In this document: positions 49,208-62,020 of the stretch, in pieces | Layout: every line of letters starts with the position of its first letter | Numbering within the stretch: the stretch's first letter is position 1 | Assembly: GCF_030028105.1 (NCBI RefSeq) | Contig: NC_092370.1 | Location: 108,700,793 to 108,764,792 of the forward strand | Direction: 5' to 3' | Length of the DNA: 64,000 bases | Source: Mobula birostris | Taxonomy: Eukaryota | Translations under genes and position numbers: made by a program | The notes under the pieces: model-generated | The model's input: the letters and a program-made list of their open reading frames with translations, nothing else | Database searches by the model: none | Told to the model about the DNA's origin: nothing

Positions 49208-49354
49208 GTTTTGGAATGTCACCAGTGTAGTTAAATAGGCAATGCACACACTTTCAAGACTTCTATTATCAAAGAGATTTTATGGCTAAGCTTGGGATTA
49301 ATCACATATTACTTCCTGACTAAGTTCATCATTCCTACTACTCCTTATAAACTT

Positions 49355-49823
49355 TGGCCCTTAAGTTTAGAGAAAATAAGAAGTCGGACATTTGACAGAT
49401 CTTTTAAATTTGAGCAAATCTGGCAACCTTTTATCCAATATTTTCATTTAATTTGATTTATTTCTTTTTTTTCGAAGTTTTAGATTTGATCAGAAAGTCT
49501 TTTTTTTGGTCATATCCTCAAAATGGACTGCCCAGCCCTTTTATTTTGTTTTTTTTATATAGTGTAGTGGGATTTTTTTTCCTCATCATTTAAAACTCAA
49601 TGTTTTTTTTCTTTTCTCTTCATAAACTGATAAGAGGAGAATTGCTATTTTCATTTTTTTATTATATATTTATACTAGTTTAATAACATCAATGATTTTG
49701 ACAATGTCTATCTTAATCCCGGTTTATATTGTCACTGATATACATATTTGAGATAATTCTCCTCTTGATTGTATTTATGCTCCTTTTAAATCAATGAAAA
49801 GAATAAGAAAGAAACAAAGAAAG
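49355..49823 (+). mobile_element. L1/Tx1-clade LINE 3' end
   Basis: Reads LSLEKIRSRTFDRSFKFEQIWQPFIQYFHLI*, the L1 ORF2 C-terminal pattern, followed by a T-rich UTR and an A-rich tail. Confidence 0.65.
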
Positions 49824-50184
49824 CTTTGGCCCTTCCATTTTTGGCTACAGGCTTTAAGCTAACCTACCATTTGAAGACACAATATAGTATATTATTATTT
49901 TTGAGTTATATATTATTTTTTGGTCAAAAATTTTCATGTCTTATAATCTGCCCCACAATGACCTATCATTTCTTCACATTTATTCTCTTGTACTCAGTAC
50001 ACTTGCTCTTAACTTGCCAAATCCCATTTGCAAACCTGTACTTGCACTAAACCGTGTAAACAGAAGATGGCACTGTAAACATTGCTTTACCTCTTATCAA
50101 CCAGTATCTAACCACAATAGCACTTTGCATTACTTGACACTGTTAATGTGGGAAAATGTCCCAAAATAAAATATTTAAAATTCC

Positions 50185-51520
50185 GGTTGAGTTGAGTTGT
50201 TCTCTGATATTGGCAATCCATTTACAAATGTTTCATCATTATATGACGAGACATCATCAGAGCACTGTTCACTTGTGGTATGCCCTCCGAATGCTTGGCT
50301 TTTGTATACTTATCAATCAGTTGTGATGTAGGGAGGGGTTCTCATTGCTGATTAGCTGCGTGGTGAACTCTGTGCATTGTCTGGAATTGTGTCTGCATTG
50401 ACTTATAAATGGGATTGCGGTCTACATGTCAGTTTATAGAATTGTTTGTGGAAAACCATGCTTCTAGGAACTCTCTTGCATGCCGCGTGCTTGCTTGCAC
50501 CAGGACTCTCAATGATGCTTAATCGAATTTGTGCCCCTCTCAATCTTCATGGGTAGAGACTAAGGAGAGTTGGTCATGGCACTTTATAGCCAGTTGATGT
50601 TCCATGTGGATAGTTTTCTCCCAGTTTGGCCGATGTAATATTTACTGCAGTCCCTGCACTGGATTTTGTAGACCACATTGGTCTTGTCCAATTGCTTGGT
50701 TTGTTCTTTAGGTCTGCAGAGTACTCTCCTCAATGCTGCAGATGGTTTATGTGAGACCAAAACTTATGTTCTTGGAGCAGTCAGGCTGTCTTTTCTGAGA
50801 TATTTCGAATCTATGGGACAACCCATTTGGTCGCTTCTTGGTTGGTACATTGTCTACATCGTAGGCATCTTCGTATGAAGCTATGTGGGTATTGGTTTCA
50901 TGTGAATACTCCGAAGAGATGTTTCTCCTCTTCATCCTTTAGCTCCAAAGATCGAGAGTGGCACAAATTCCACTGGGCGTCAGTGAAAGGCATGGTGCAG
51001 ACAAACACACGACATGCAAGAGAGTTCCTAGAAGTGTGGTTTTCCATAAACAATTCTATAAACAGACATGTAGACTGCAATCCCATTAATAAGCCAATGC
51101 GGGCAAAATTCCAGACAACACACAGGGTTTACCACACAACCAATCAGTGACAAGACCCCCTCTCTACATCATAATTGAGTTTCCATAATGATGACCAATC
51201 AACTGATTGATAAATATATAAAAGCAAAGCATTCATCTATATGAGGGGTGATTGATAAGTTTATGGCCTAAGGTAGAAGGAGTCAATTCTAGAAAACCTA
51301 GCACATTTATTTTTCAACTTAGTCCCCTCCTACATTTACACACTTAGTCCAGTGCTCGTGGAGCATACAGATCTTGGACCTCCAGAAAGTGCCCACAAAA
51401 GGGGTGATTGATAAGTTTGTGTCCTAAACTGATGATGTTTTCTGGTATGGTGATGAAACATTTACAAATGGAGAACAACTCAACCCAGCCATCAACCATC
51501 TGAGCTACACATTTTCTGAA
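50185..51520. mobile_element. Second-family Penelope-like element in inverted arrangement
   Basis: Minus strand YIGQTGRKL...HQLAIK (GIY-YIG) near 50540-50680. ~50290-50550 is inverted at ~50950-51235 (AREFLE.WFS..NSINRHVD). CTGATGA..GAAAC motifs at both outer ends. Confidence 0.8.
51240..51427. mobile_element. Mariner-type transposon end fragment inserted in the Penelope element
   Basis: ta-tgaggggtgattgataagtt mariner-like TIR, repeated directly at 51401-51427. Confidence 0.7.
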
Positions 51521-52399
51521 TTATTTCCATTTAAATTCATAATGTGTTTGTGGATGTCGAACCAGAGAAGAAAATGTTCTGTGGAATGACCATTAACAAC
51601 TGTGAGTGGGAGAAAGAATTTAATGAGAAGTACAATAGCCAAAGGGTCAGCTGGTCATTAAGGAGAAAGAATTTAATGTAAAGTGGAATGAAGGAATGAA
51701 TGGCTCATTCCACTTACAGAAATATGAACCAGCTGTGCTAGAAGGACAGTCAGCTCACATTTGTTATCCAGCATTCCAGAATCTGTAGATATTTGTAAGA
51801 TGATAATCCATGTATCTACAGTGTAGATAATTGGGCTTTTTTTTGCGGAGGGGGAGGTTTAGTCTCATACTTATCTAGTTTTATTTTTATTAATGCTAAT
51901 TTTCTTCTGTTTCTTATTCTCAGTGAACTCTTACAGGTCTAGTAATACTAGCAAGCTTTATACGTCTTTTCCGTGAAGGGACCATATATTCTCATTCTAA
52001 GTACCAGTCTTGTGGCAAAGTACTGTAAGTCAGCTCTAGGTCATGACAAAAAGCTGTTGAAAGCCTACCACTTTATAAGGGACAGATTTCTAAAATTATA
52101 GGTGTCGAAACGTTTAAAATTTTGCTGTATAATTTTATGTACTTTTCTCTTTTAACAACATAAAACAAAACAATAAAAATACCTTGATAATGATAAAATA
52201 ATAAATTCAGGAAAATTAATGGCTGTGTAGTGTTCTCGTGCAGTGTGTTGAAACTCTGACTAAACACCAAGTTAAACCGGAGCCAATGAAGACAAAGTCA
52301 TAGTAAGGTTAACCATTTACTGTTCACTCTTCCACATTAACATCGTATGGTGAAAACTGTTGATAAAAAAATACAAACATATACAGCGTCTGTTTCATT

Positions 52400-52720
52400 C
52401 TGGAGACCACGCACACTCTCTCCTTTTAGTGAGTGTCTCCAGCTGCCCCGATTTGCGGGCGAGGAGGTCACGTCAAACCGCCGCCGGGCCCGAGCCCACC
52501 CTGCGTTTGAAATTGAAAAGCCGACACGTGCGCCACCCGAACTGCCACTCCCTTAACAGAAACTACGTTAATATTTTTACTTCAAATACTTTCATAGGAA
52601 CTTACGACGTTGCTTCTATAATGTTTCCTTATGGGTAGACACGGAGCTCTTCACGATCATGCTGCACGCATGGCACCCACCTTTACACTTTCTCCGAACC
52701 GGAGGTGATGTCATCACATG
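52400..52720. promoter_or_regulatory. Small CpG island, promoter- or enhancer-like, gene not identified
   Basis: Dense CpGs (ccgccgccgggcccgag), GGTCACGTCA 52466-52475, CACGTG ~52525, TGATGTCA 52706-52713. No TE homology recognised. Confidence 0.45.
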
Positions 52721-54060
52721 CCATGATATACCATAGACAATGAATTTACCTTTGTTAAACTGTAACTTAATTATCAACCTTCAACGTTAATTAGATAATA
52801 GTTACAAATCATTTAAAGCGTAGACCCAACAAAGTCAAATAAATGCCTTAAGGGTAACACAGGCTGCATACTTCATTTTTGAACAACATCCATATAAGTT
52901 TAGTTCTAATTTGCTGTTTCAAGTTGTGCAATTTTCTAAAACAAAACTGTCCTGTGAGGATTGTACATTTTTTTTGGAGGCTTTCTAAAACTTTGCTAAG
53001 TATGATTTTGTCATTCCATTCCATAACTGTAAACAAATTAACCTACAAAATAGGGGCTTTGGGAGAAACAGGTGGCAATCATTGGGCATTTCAGGCCACA
53101 TCAGAGGTGGAAAGGTGGGTGTTGAGTGAGATGTGACCCACGGACCATATGTTATGCACCATAGATCCAGCATTACAACACTCCCTCAATGCTGCACTAC
53201 CTGAAGTGTCAAACTATTTTTAAGCTTTAAATAATAATTGCAGAAAATAAGGACAGAGCCTATTTAAAATATATCCTTTCTTGAGAATTATTTGAAAATG
53301 AGTTGTTTATATATTTCTCCTCTATAAATGGACATAAGTAAACAAGTGACAGTAAGAAAAGAATCACAAGTAACAGAAGACCACAGGACATGAAAGAATA
53401 TTGAGGGATCAAGAAAGAAGAGTAAAAAGAAAATTACAAAGGTAAAGATGCACTATGAACTTAAATTATTAAGGAATAATAAATACCTTAAGACCTAATC
53501 TATCAAAAAAGGAGAAGTTTAATACCTTTATTGAATAAGGACCATGCCAAGGGTAAATATCGGGAGATAGCAGACAGGTGGCGCCAGATCGTGGTGGCTT
53601 GCTGCAAGTTGGTCTTTGCAGATCCATGTTCATTACTTAGTTCTGTATTCATTACTACTATTATAATCAGGCTACTTTTTTAAAATCTAAATTATAAGCT
53701 GTAGTTGCTTCCCCTTGTACTACCTTGATGGACTGCTGTGAGGAAATGATTTGTACTTGATGTCAAGCAAACAACGTTTTCACTGTACCTCAGAACATGG
53801 AGAATAATACACCAACTCCAATTCATTATTGTACTTCATATTTCAGAATCAGATTTAGGTTTAATATCACTGGCATACATCAGGAAAGTTATTGTTTTGT
53901 GGCAGCAGTACACTGAAATACATAATAATAAAAACTATCAATGCCAACAAGAATAGTAGAGGGAGGTACAGAGGCCCAGGTTTTGGAGTTTGCTGATTAG
54001 AACTGAGGGAATGATTGTGTTGAACACTGATCAATACTCAATAAACAGTAGCCTGTCATA

Positions 54061-54195
54061 GGTCCTGAAGAAAGATCTCAGACTGAAATGTCGACAGTTT
54101 GTTCATTTCCATGGGTGCTGCCTGACCTGCTGAGTTCCTCCAGCATTTTGTATGGGTTGCTTTAGATTTCCAGCATCTGCAGAATTTCTTGTGTC
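54061..54195 (+). mobile_element. Penelope-terminus repeat with intact hammerhead core nucleotides
   Basis: gtc-CTGAAGA-aagatctcagact-GAAAT-GTC-gac followed by ...ccagcatctgcagaatttc. Confidence 0.75.
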
Positions 54196-54639
54196 TGCAT
54201 ATTACAATTGTCCATGTGATCCATGTGGAGAGCCAGTGAGATTGCATCCAATGTAGACATGTTGTGGCGATAGGCAAATTGCAGAAGGTCCAGGTCCTCG
54301 CTTAGGCAGGCGTTGATTCTGGCCACGGCCAATCTCTCAAAGCACTTCATCGCCACTGGACAATAGTCATTGAGGCAGCTCACCTTGCTCTCCTCGGGCA
54401 CTGATATGATTGTTGCCCTTTTGAAGTAGGCGGGGATCTCAGACTGCAGCAATGAAAAATTAAAGATGTCCTTGAACACTCCTGCTAGTTGATTGGCACA
54501 AGTTTTCAGAGCCCTAACAGGTACACCGTCATTACCTGACACCTTGCGAGGGTTCATCCTCTTGAAAGATGTTCTGACATCAGCCTCTGAGACAAGAGCT
54601 CACAGGGTCACCAGATGTTGCAAAGATTTACACAGGTGT

Positions 54640-54796
54640 CCAAAGATGAGAAAATCTGCAGATGCCGGATATCCAAGCAACACACACAAAATGCTGGAGG
54701 AACTCAGCAGGCCAAGGAAAAGAGTTAACAATTGATGTTTCAGGCTGAGACGGTTTACTCTTTTCCATAGATGCTGCCTGCATTTTGTATGTGTTG
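54640..54796. mobile_element. Penelope-derived fold-back insertion with 13-bp TSD
   Basis: TSD tttacacaggtgt at 54627-54639 and 54797-54809. Ends caacacacacaaaatgc / gcattttgtatgtgttg are inverted. Confidence 0.8.
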
Positions 54797-55369
54797 TTTA
54801 CACAGGTGTAGTTTTACTTCCCCTTTCAAAGTGTGTATAAAAGGTGTTGAACTCATCTGGGAAGAGGGAAAATACATCAGATGGATGACATCTGATTGAA
54901 GATGATAAATAACAGAGGATGACTTGGAAAACAGATACAGGATAAGTATTAGGCTATTCAACCCATTGAGTTTGCTTTGCCATTCAAACATCGCTTTTTT
55001 TTGACAACCACATTCTCCCAACTTCGTCCCATAACCCTCAACCACTGGCTCATGGGATGGAGGGACAAGATAAAGAAAGGCTCTGAGTAGGATAGTAATT
55101 GGGAGCAGAAGTACAGGAAATTGAACAGACACAGCTGAAAGCTCTCTCTGTTATGTATGGTGGGGGAAACCACAATTAAGGAAGGAAGGCATCGCAGGAA
55201 CACTGCTGTAGAAAGTGTCATTTGAATAGAAATGATGCAGCCCAAGAAACTGGAGGAATGGATTGGAGCCCTCATAGGAAGCGGGATGGTAGGGGGAGTA
55301 GCCAAGATATCTCTGGGAGTTGTTGCTTTACAAATGGTTATTGCGTCTAGGTGGACAAATCCACGACAA

Positions 55370-55630
55370 AGTGGGCGAGAAAGGTTCAATTCACAATTCC
55401 GTCGCATTCACGCTCGCTAGTGCCTCCACGTGACCAGACGAAGGCAAAGCGAAAACTGCCGACGCTCCCTGACGCCACGCACGCTCTCAGCTCCGCAGTC
55501 ACGACATTGATGGGCATCGTTTTATCCAATGGAGGCCGGGCAAGGGAGAGGGGCGGGAGCCCAGGGCGTCCAATGAAAGCCGGAAAAAGGAGGCGGAACC
55601 TATGCTTGTGGCCGGGAGGCATGGTAACTC
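55370..55630 (+). promoter_or_regulatory. CpG-rich OXSR1 promoter
   Basis: High CpG density just upstream of OXSR1 exon 1. E-box CACGTGAC 55427-55434, CCAAT 55526-55530 and 55570-55574, GC box GGGGCGGGAG 55550-55559, ETS CCGGAA 55580-55585. Confidence 0.75.
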
Positions 55631-55832
55631 GGCTGCTGGTAAAGTTTGGGGATTGGGAGTACTTGTATCTCTGAGCGAAAGAGGGAAGTGGGGGTGATCT
55701 ATTAGCGCTAGGCCCGTGGCCCTTCCTTCAGCACGGAGACGAAGAGAAATAAAGGCTGGGCCACGTATTATAATAGACATAGTACACAGTGTGGTGGGAA
55801 ACCCAGACGGTGTAGCTCCATTCACTGCGACA

Positions 55833-55902
55833 ATGTCCGATGACCCTAGCTCCCTGCCCTGGTCAATCCAGAGGGAGGATTATGAGCTCAAGGAGGTCAT
55901 TG
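55833..55902 (+). CDS. OXSR1: OXSR1 (OSR1 STE20-family kinase) coding exon 1; the rest of the gene lies beyond the window
   Basis: ATG 55833 gives MSDDPSSLPWSIQREDYELKEVI(G), versus human MSEDSSALPWSINRDDYELQEVIG. 70 nt, phase-1 donor ATTG|gtaagt. Lies downstream of MYD88 as in other vertebrates. Confidence 0.93.
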
Positions 55903-57929
55903 GTAAGTTGTTTAATAAGCGATTTTCCTTTATGTTTGTTCATTAAAAAATGACTGACCGGTTGGGCTGTCTGAATGGGATGTAGTTGCAGACACCCGGA
56001 GCAGGCCTGCGGGCACCCTGCAGAAGTAATGTAATAAATTATTGGAAGAGGGGTTTGAAGTTGTAGCGTGTTTTTGCATTTTTATTTATACATTTTACGT
56101 GTTGTTTGAAACATTTTAATTTCTATGGGGAAATAAATCTCCAAAGAATGAAAAGAATGGCTGTGAAGAAAGGTAAAGGCCTACTGTGACTGGCCTTTTT
56201 TTGTTGTTTAATAATTTATTCGCTTGTTAAATGGAAGGGGACTATTGTAACGTGATGGGTTTGAGAATGGTTTAATAAAACCGATATTTTACTTTCATAT
56301 TAAGTGTACGGTTCATACACACTGGAATAAGTGTTAAGTATCAAGCACAATAATGGTATAATGTAGTTCATCGCATTAAAATATATAAATCGCCTTTAAC
56401 GAGGCGGTTGATATGCCACGTTTTTAAATCAGCTGATTAACTCTTGAAGCAGCAAATGTCTGCAAGTCAATGATCAGGCCATTTTGTGAAACGATGATGT
56501 ACATATTCTGTTATATCCTGTAGGAATTAAGATGACATGCGTGCAGCATTCTTAAACTTAATTGGTTGCATTGTATTTTTAACAAGATTATTTCCTAGTG
56601 ATTGCAAAGATTGCAGCGTTTATAAAAATCTGAACTACGAGTTAATTGAAGCAGTCACTTCCTTCGATTCAAACTGTATTTGTTAATGAAAAATACTTTA
56701 CAACAGTACTGTTAAGGAGGTGGGGTGTTCATTCTTAAATAACTTGGCCGTCATTCCTCAGTGTTAACTTGAAAAGAATGAGGGATGTGGTGGCCTTAAC
56801 TAATTGGGGTCATACTTGGCACACTGTGTTGATCTTGTCCCTGGTCATTGGGGAAATAAGCTTAATTTCATTGTTCCCAAAGATTTTTGACTGGGCTGAA
56901 TTCTTATCTATATTGAAGTCATGCCAGGGGAGCATGACAAGAAATAACATTTTTGTTTCTAACATTCAGATCTTTGATTATATTGCTCAGTTATGATATG
57001 CCAGTTTATGAACTTGCTCAGCTATATTTTTATAAATTGAAATAACCAAGGTGACTAGTACTACCAAGGAGAGCAAGACTGTATGGAGGTCTAGAATTAC
57101 TGTTTATACAGTAACTTACACAAATGGTCATACTGCTTCATACTCTACTGGTTCTAACATTTTCCTGTGGAGGACAATCCTGCAAATTGCCATTCTTTCA
57201 CTAATAATCTTTTACCTGTGTTATTTAGCTTTTAGGTAATAGATTAGCTTTACTTCAGATATTTGAATGATGAATATACATTTTGTAATTGGTATTTAGG
57301 TTGTGTGCTGATTTTTTTTTTAGCTGTATACATGTGAAGACTAACTGCTAGCAAATGACTGTACAATGTAACATATCAAATTATAGAACTGTTAATTAAA
57401 ATTCACCACTGCTTTTTATAAATACAGAATAATGGGCACCAAAATGAGTAAGTGCAAGCCAATTCACTTGGTACTTTAGCATTAATTTTCTCAGTAACAA
57501 TATAAACTAATGTATGGCTATAATTTAAAGCAAGACCAACTTGCATTTGAAGTACTTTAACAGGTCTTTTAAACATCAAAGCTGTTCACATAATAATAAA
57601 TTGTTTTTGAGTGTAGTGATTGTTACCTGATTCAATGCAATGATATCTTCAGCTGATGTGTTGTACAGAGACTCCTTTTATCTATTTTAGCCCTTGTATT
57701 GTTGATCTTCAATGGCGATAAGGTCTGCAGATGAAATAGCCATCATTCTCATATTCTCAGAAGAGACTGTTTTTTTGCTTTTTGACTGAGACTTATTGCT
57801 GATTATCCTTTGACCTGACTGCAATCTTTGACATAATTGACCACATTTCACCTTTTAATCTCTAAATAGTGGTTCAATTGGCTGACATTGCATTTGCCTG
57901 CTTCAGTACTTATCCATCTAGTCATTGCC

Positions 57930-59043
57930 AAACAAACACCAGAAAGTCAGAAGGCATGGGATCCAAGGAAGTTTGGCCAGGTGGATTCAGAATTGGCTTG
58001 CCTGCAGAAGGCAGAGGGTCGAGGTGGAGAGAGTACATTCAGATTGGAGGATTGTGACTAGTGGTGTCCCTCAAGGATCTGTTCTGGGTCCTCTACTTTT
58101 TGTGATTTTTATTAACGACCTGGATGTGGGGGTAGAAGGGTGGGTTGGCAAGTTTGCAGACGACACAAAGGTTGGTGGTGTTGTAGATAGTGTAGAGGAT
58201 TGTTGAAGTTTGCAGAGAGACATTGATAGGATGCAGAAGTGGGCTGAGAAGTGGCAGATGGAGTTCAACCTGGAGAAGTGTGAGGTGGTACACTTTGGAA
58301 GGACAAACTCCAAGGCAGAGTACAAAGTAAATGGCAGGATACTTGGTGGTGTGGAGGAGCAGAGGGATCTGGGGGTACATGTCCACAGATCCCTGAAAGT
58401 TGCCTCACAGGTGGATAGGGTAGTTAAGAAAGCTTATGGGGTGTTAGCTTTCATAAGTCGAGGGATAGAGTTTAAGAGTCACGATGTAATGATGCAGCTC
58501 TATAAAACTCTGGTTAGGCCACACTTGGAGCACTGTGTACAGTTCTGGTCACCTCACTATAGGAAGGATGTGGAAGCATTGGAAAGGGTACAGAGGAGAT
58601 TTACCAGGATGCTGCCTGGTTTAGAGAGTATGCATTATGATCAGAGATTAAGGGAGCTAGGGCTTTACTCTTTGGAGAGAAGAGGATGAGAGGAGACATG
58701 ACAGAGGTGTACAAGATAATAAGAGGAATAGATAGAGTGGATAGCCAGTGCCTCTTCCCCAGGGCACCACTGCTCCATACAAGAGGACATGGCTTTAAGG
58801 TAAGGGGTGGGAAGTTCAAGGGGGATATTAGAGGAAGGTTTTTTACTCAGAGTGGTTGGTGTGTGGAATGCACTGCCTGAGTCGGTGGTGGAGGCAGATA
58901 CACTAGTGAAGTTTAAGAGACTACTAGACAGGTATAGGAGGAATTTAACGTTGGGGGGTTGTATGGGAGGTGGGATTTGAGGATCAGCACAACATTGTGG
59001 GCTGAAGGGCCTGTACTGTGCTGTCCTATTCTATGTTCTATGT
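57930..59043 (+). mobile_element. Young CR1 3' end in OXSR1 intron 1
   Basis: [21 protein letters not shown]...KFADDTK (RT core) and LVRPHLEHCVQFWSP. Nearly identical to 41781-42705. Confidence 0.95.
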
Positions 59044-61424
59044 ATAAGCTTCTCTTCCTGCTCCTGTATTATAACTTTTAAGGAGTCTTTTTGTATTAAC
59101 CTAATTTTCCTCCCCATCCTCAAACCTGTTCTTTCCTATCTAACAATTGTCTCAAAGCTTGCCTGTGGGGATCAAGGGAACTGCAATTTATTCTAAAATT
59201 ACCTGACTTCTTGAGCACCATGTAGATCAGACGAACACAACTTTTCTATTGAATAATGGGAAGGCAGCTGTTAATTTTGGTCCCTGCCAAAAAAAAACCT
59301 CTCATTAATTAAAGAGGCATCTCTCCATAGATGAAATAGTCACACTACACTGTTCACACCTTGTCATATTTGACCCCCCCCCCCCATGGGCTTAAGGCCA
59401 TATATTCATGCAGCTGGCATCTGAATCTCATTCTGCTTCTTTCTATTCCTGAAACATCTCAATACTCTGCTTCTGTATTAGATAATTGGCTGCTATTCTC
59501 AACAATATTTGTTACCTCCTAGAGTTGTTAGTCTTTGCCTGAGTGCCTTTTTTATTCTATCCTGGAATAAGCTTGACAAATCAAAATAAATTAAAGGTAT
59601 CCTGCCTTGGACCAGATTTTGTTCACTTTTAATATAGAGTCCTGGTTCGACAAAGTGTTTTTAATTTTGTATTTGTTTATGAATGTCTCAATGGGCTGGT
59701 TTCCTCCTGTCTCAGTAATCTCCTTCAGCCTCAATTCTGAGGAATCTAAATTCACCCTCCCCATTCTGATTTTGAGTAATCTTAATTTTATTGTTCCGTC
59801 ATTGACTGCAGAGCCTTCAGCTTGCTCTGTCTTAACTTCTAGAACTCTGCTTCTCTACTTCTGCTTACTCGTATCCAAAGCCTTAATCAAAAGGATATTT
59901 ATTCCTGTATTTAACACAGCTTGTTTTTCACTATATTTTTTGTTTGTGCTCTATTGTTGGTGCAGAATTGCTGCCCTGTTTACTGACTGACACCTGCCAT
60001 GTTTCAAAAGCAGTGCATAGAGTAAAAAGCACTTAATAGGCCTATAATCTCTTTGGCTCACATTTGCTATAAAAACAATAATTTATTGTTACCAATGTTT
60101 GCTTATGCTAGTTTTTAACCATTCTCAACATTTATAGCATTTTTATGTGTAAAAATTTCTATTATGCAACAAAGTTCATTTAAATATTCTGACTCAGTTG
60201 GGAAATTGAGAGCAATTCTTGTGGGCAAGAATATTCTACAGAAACTTGGAGCCACCATGTTGTTTATTAAAACTCAAGTGTGCACTTATTCAAAAAAAAA
60301 TGTTTTGCCACATTGAGCAGAAACCACTGCACCTGAAAGCAACAATTAAAGTAGTGGAGGATGAGGCCTTAGAGAGTGGATGAATTTGGGATTGTTGCAA
60401 CAATAAACTAGCATAAATGGGCCAGGCAGAGTCATCAAAACCTCACTGGTTTCCATCTAGTAAAAACAGTCATCAGATTTGCACTAACCAATCCAATTGT
60501 ATATGTTATGCAGTGCTTTCTCTTTTCTGAATTATTGAATCATTTCACTTCTGGAAGTATTTATAATTCTCTGTGGCTGAAGTATGTTGTTTATTTAAGT
60601 AAGATATACATGGCCTGATGCTGTGCCTGCCTTGGGTTTCACTGCGTAATATTGGTCTTATGATTGCATTCCTTGTCGATACTGAATGCCCTTTTGAAGC
60701 TCTTGATGTAGGCCTGCATTTCCTGAATACTATTTCCTAACAACTTACAATGCTGGACATTTATATGGCGTTAGAGTGATGTATGCAGCTATTGTCCAGC
60801 TTGTAAACTACAGGTCCTGCTTCTGAGTTTTGGATTTTTTTGGTATTAGATTAAAAAAGATCAAATGAGAGAAGAGTTTAAAATTTGGTGCAGTGTTATT
60901 CCATGATGCATTTGCCTCTGCCTGTTTCTCCAGCCCAAAGACCTTAGTAGTAGATTATTTATAATTGTCAACTGAATGACATAGGATGTCCATTTAGACT
61001 TTTCTGTTTTAATTCTATTGCAAAATCTGTTAAGTGGGACAGTTCTACAGTATGGCTTTTTTCTTAACTTATTAAGGTGCTGGAGTTGGAAAAAAATTTT
61101 ATATGCTAGTACTATTCAGTAACATGATACTGTGTCAAGCTCAACTTTCTAGTAAAGATCTGCACAGGCCAATGATAATCTGAAGGGCTAGCTAATAAAT
61201 GGTGACCTTGCAGGACAAACCCAAACCTGGAAAACAAATCGAAACACCTCCAATTTCATAACTGAACTCCAATCCGCTCTGCTGTAATATCTTAATGTCC
61301 CTATTTCCTAAAAAGCATGATGCTGAGAACACTGGGAAAGAAACTGAACCAGTGGCTTATAAATGTTTACAGTGAATTTCTTGTTTATTTAGTCAATAAT
61401 CTAGTTTGCAAACTAAGTGCAATG

Positions 61425-62020
61425 CAAGAATACTGGAGGAACTCAGAACGTCAGACAATGGGTGTAGGAGTAGGCCATTCAGCCAGTACAAAAAGGTGAT
61501 CTGAAAGGGTAAAGAAAAAACTGGCAGGTGGTAGATGGGTCTAGGTGATGGGGAAATGTTAGAAGCTGGAAGGTAATGGGTAGAAGTGACAAAAAGCTGA
61601 AGAAGGAGGAATCTGATAGGAGAGGACAGTGGAACATAAAGGGTGTGTGGAGCGGAACCTGTGGGAATAATGTAATGGGCGATGGATACACTGAGAGGGT
61701 GAGGAGGGGAGGGAGATGGAGTGATAGCCATTGGTGTAAGGAAGTAAAGGGGGGACAAAGAGGATTGTTTACTGGGAGTTAGAGAAGTCGATATTTGTGC
61801 TTTGATGTTGGAGATGACCAAAGTGGGATGTAAGATGCTGTTCCTGTGTCCAACATCCTCCCCTCACACTGGCGCCACTGTCAGACATGTCGGGAATGGC
61901 AGGTGGAATTAATATGGTAGACCACCGGGACATCCCAGCTGGTGTGGACAGATCAAATGTACTCGATGAAATTATCTCTCTCCCCCCCCCCCCCCCAATC
62001 TGTATTGCATCTCACTGATG
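61425..62020 (-). mobile_element. Degenerate Penelope-like element
   Basis: Colinear with 37800-38400: tactggaggaactcag, purine-rich UTR, gatgctgttcc, aatctgtattgcatctcactgatgta. Confidence 0.6.

Larger units (their letters stand above)
53845..54830 (-). mobile_element. Deleted Rex1/Babar-like LINE with two Penelope-derived inserts
   Basis: ORF 54162-54557(-): NPRK..G.DGVP.RALKTCANQLAGVFKDIFN.SL...CLNDY.PVA..KCFERL. Confidence 0.8.

Noticed and set aside
52401-52441. Hairpin tggag..acactc / gagtgt..ctcca
   Set aside because: Only 11 bp with a 7-nt bulge; compatible with chance and matches no RNA family I recognise.
55716-55832. In-frame N-terminal extension of OXSR1 in the ORF track
   Set aside because: It starts at GTG, and homology begins at ATG 55833.
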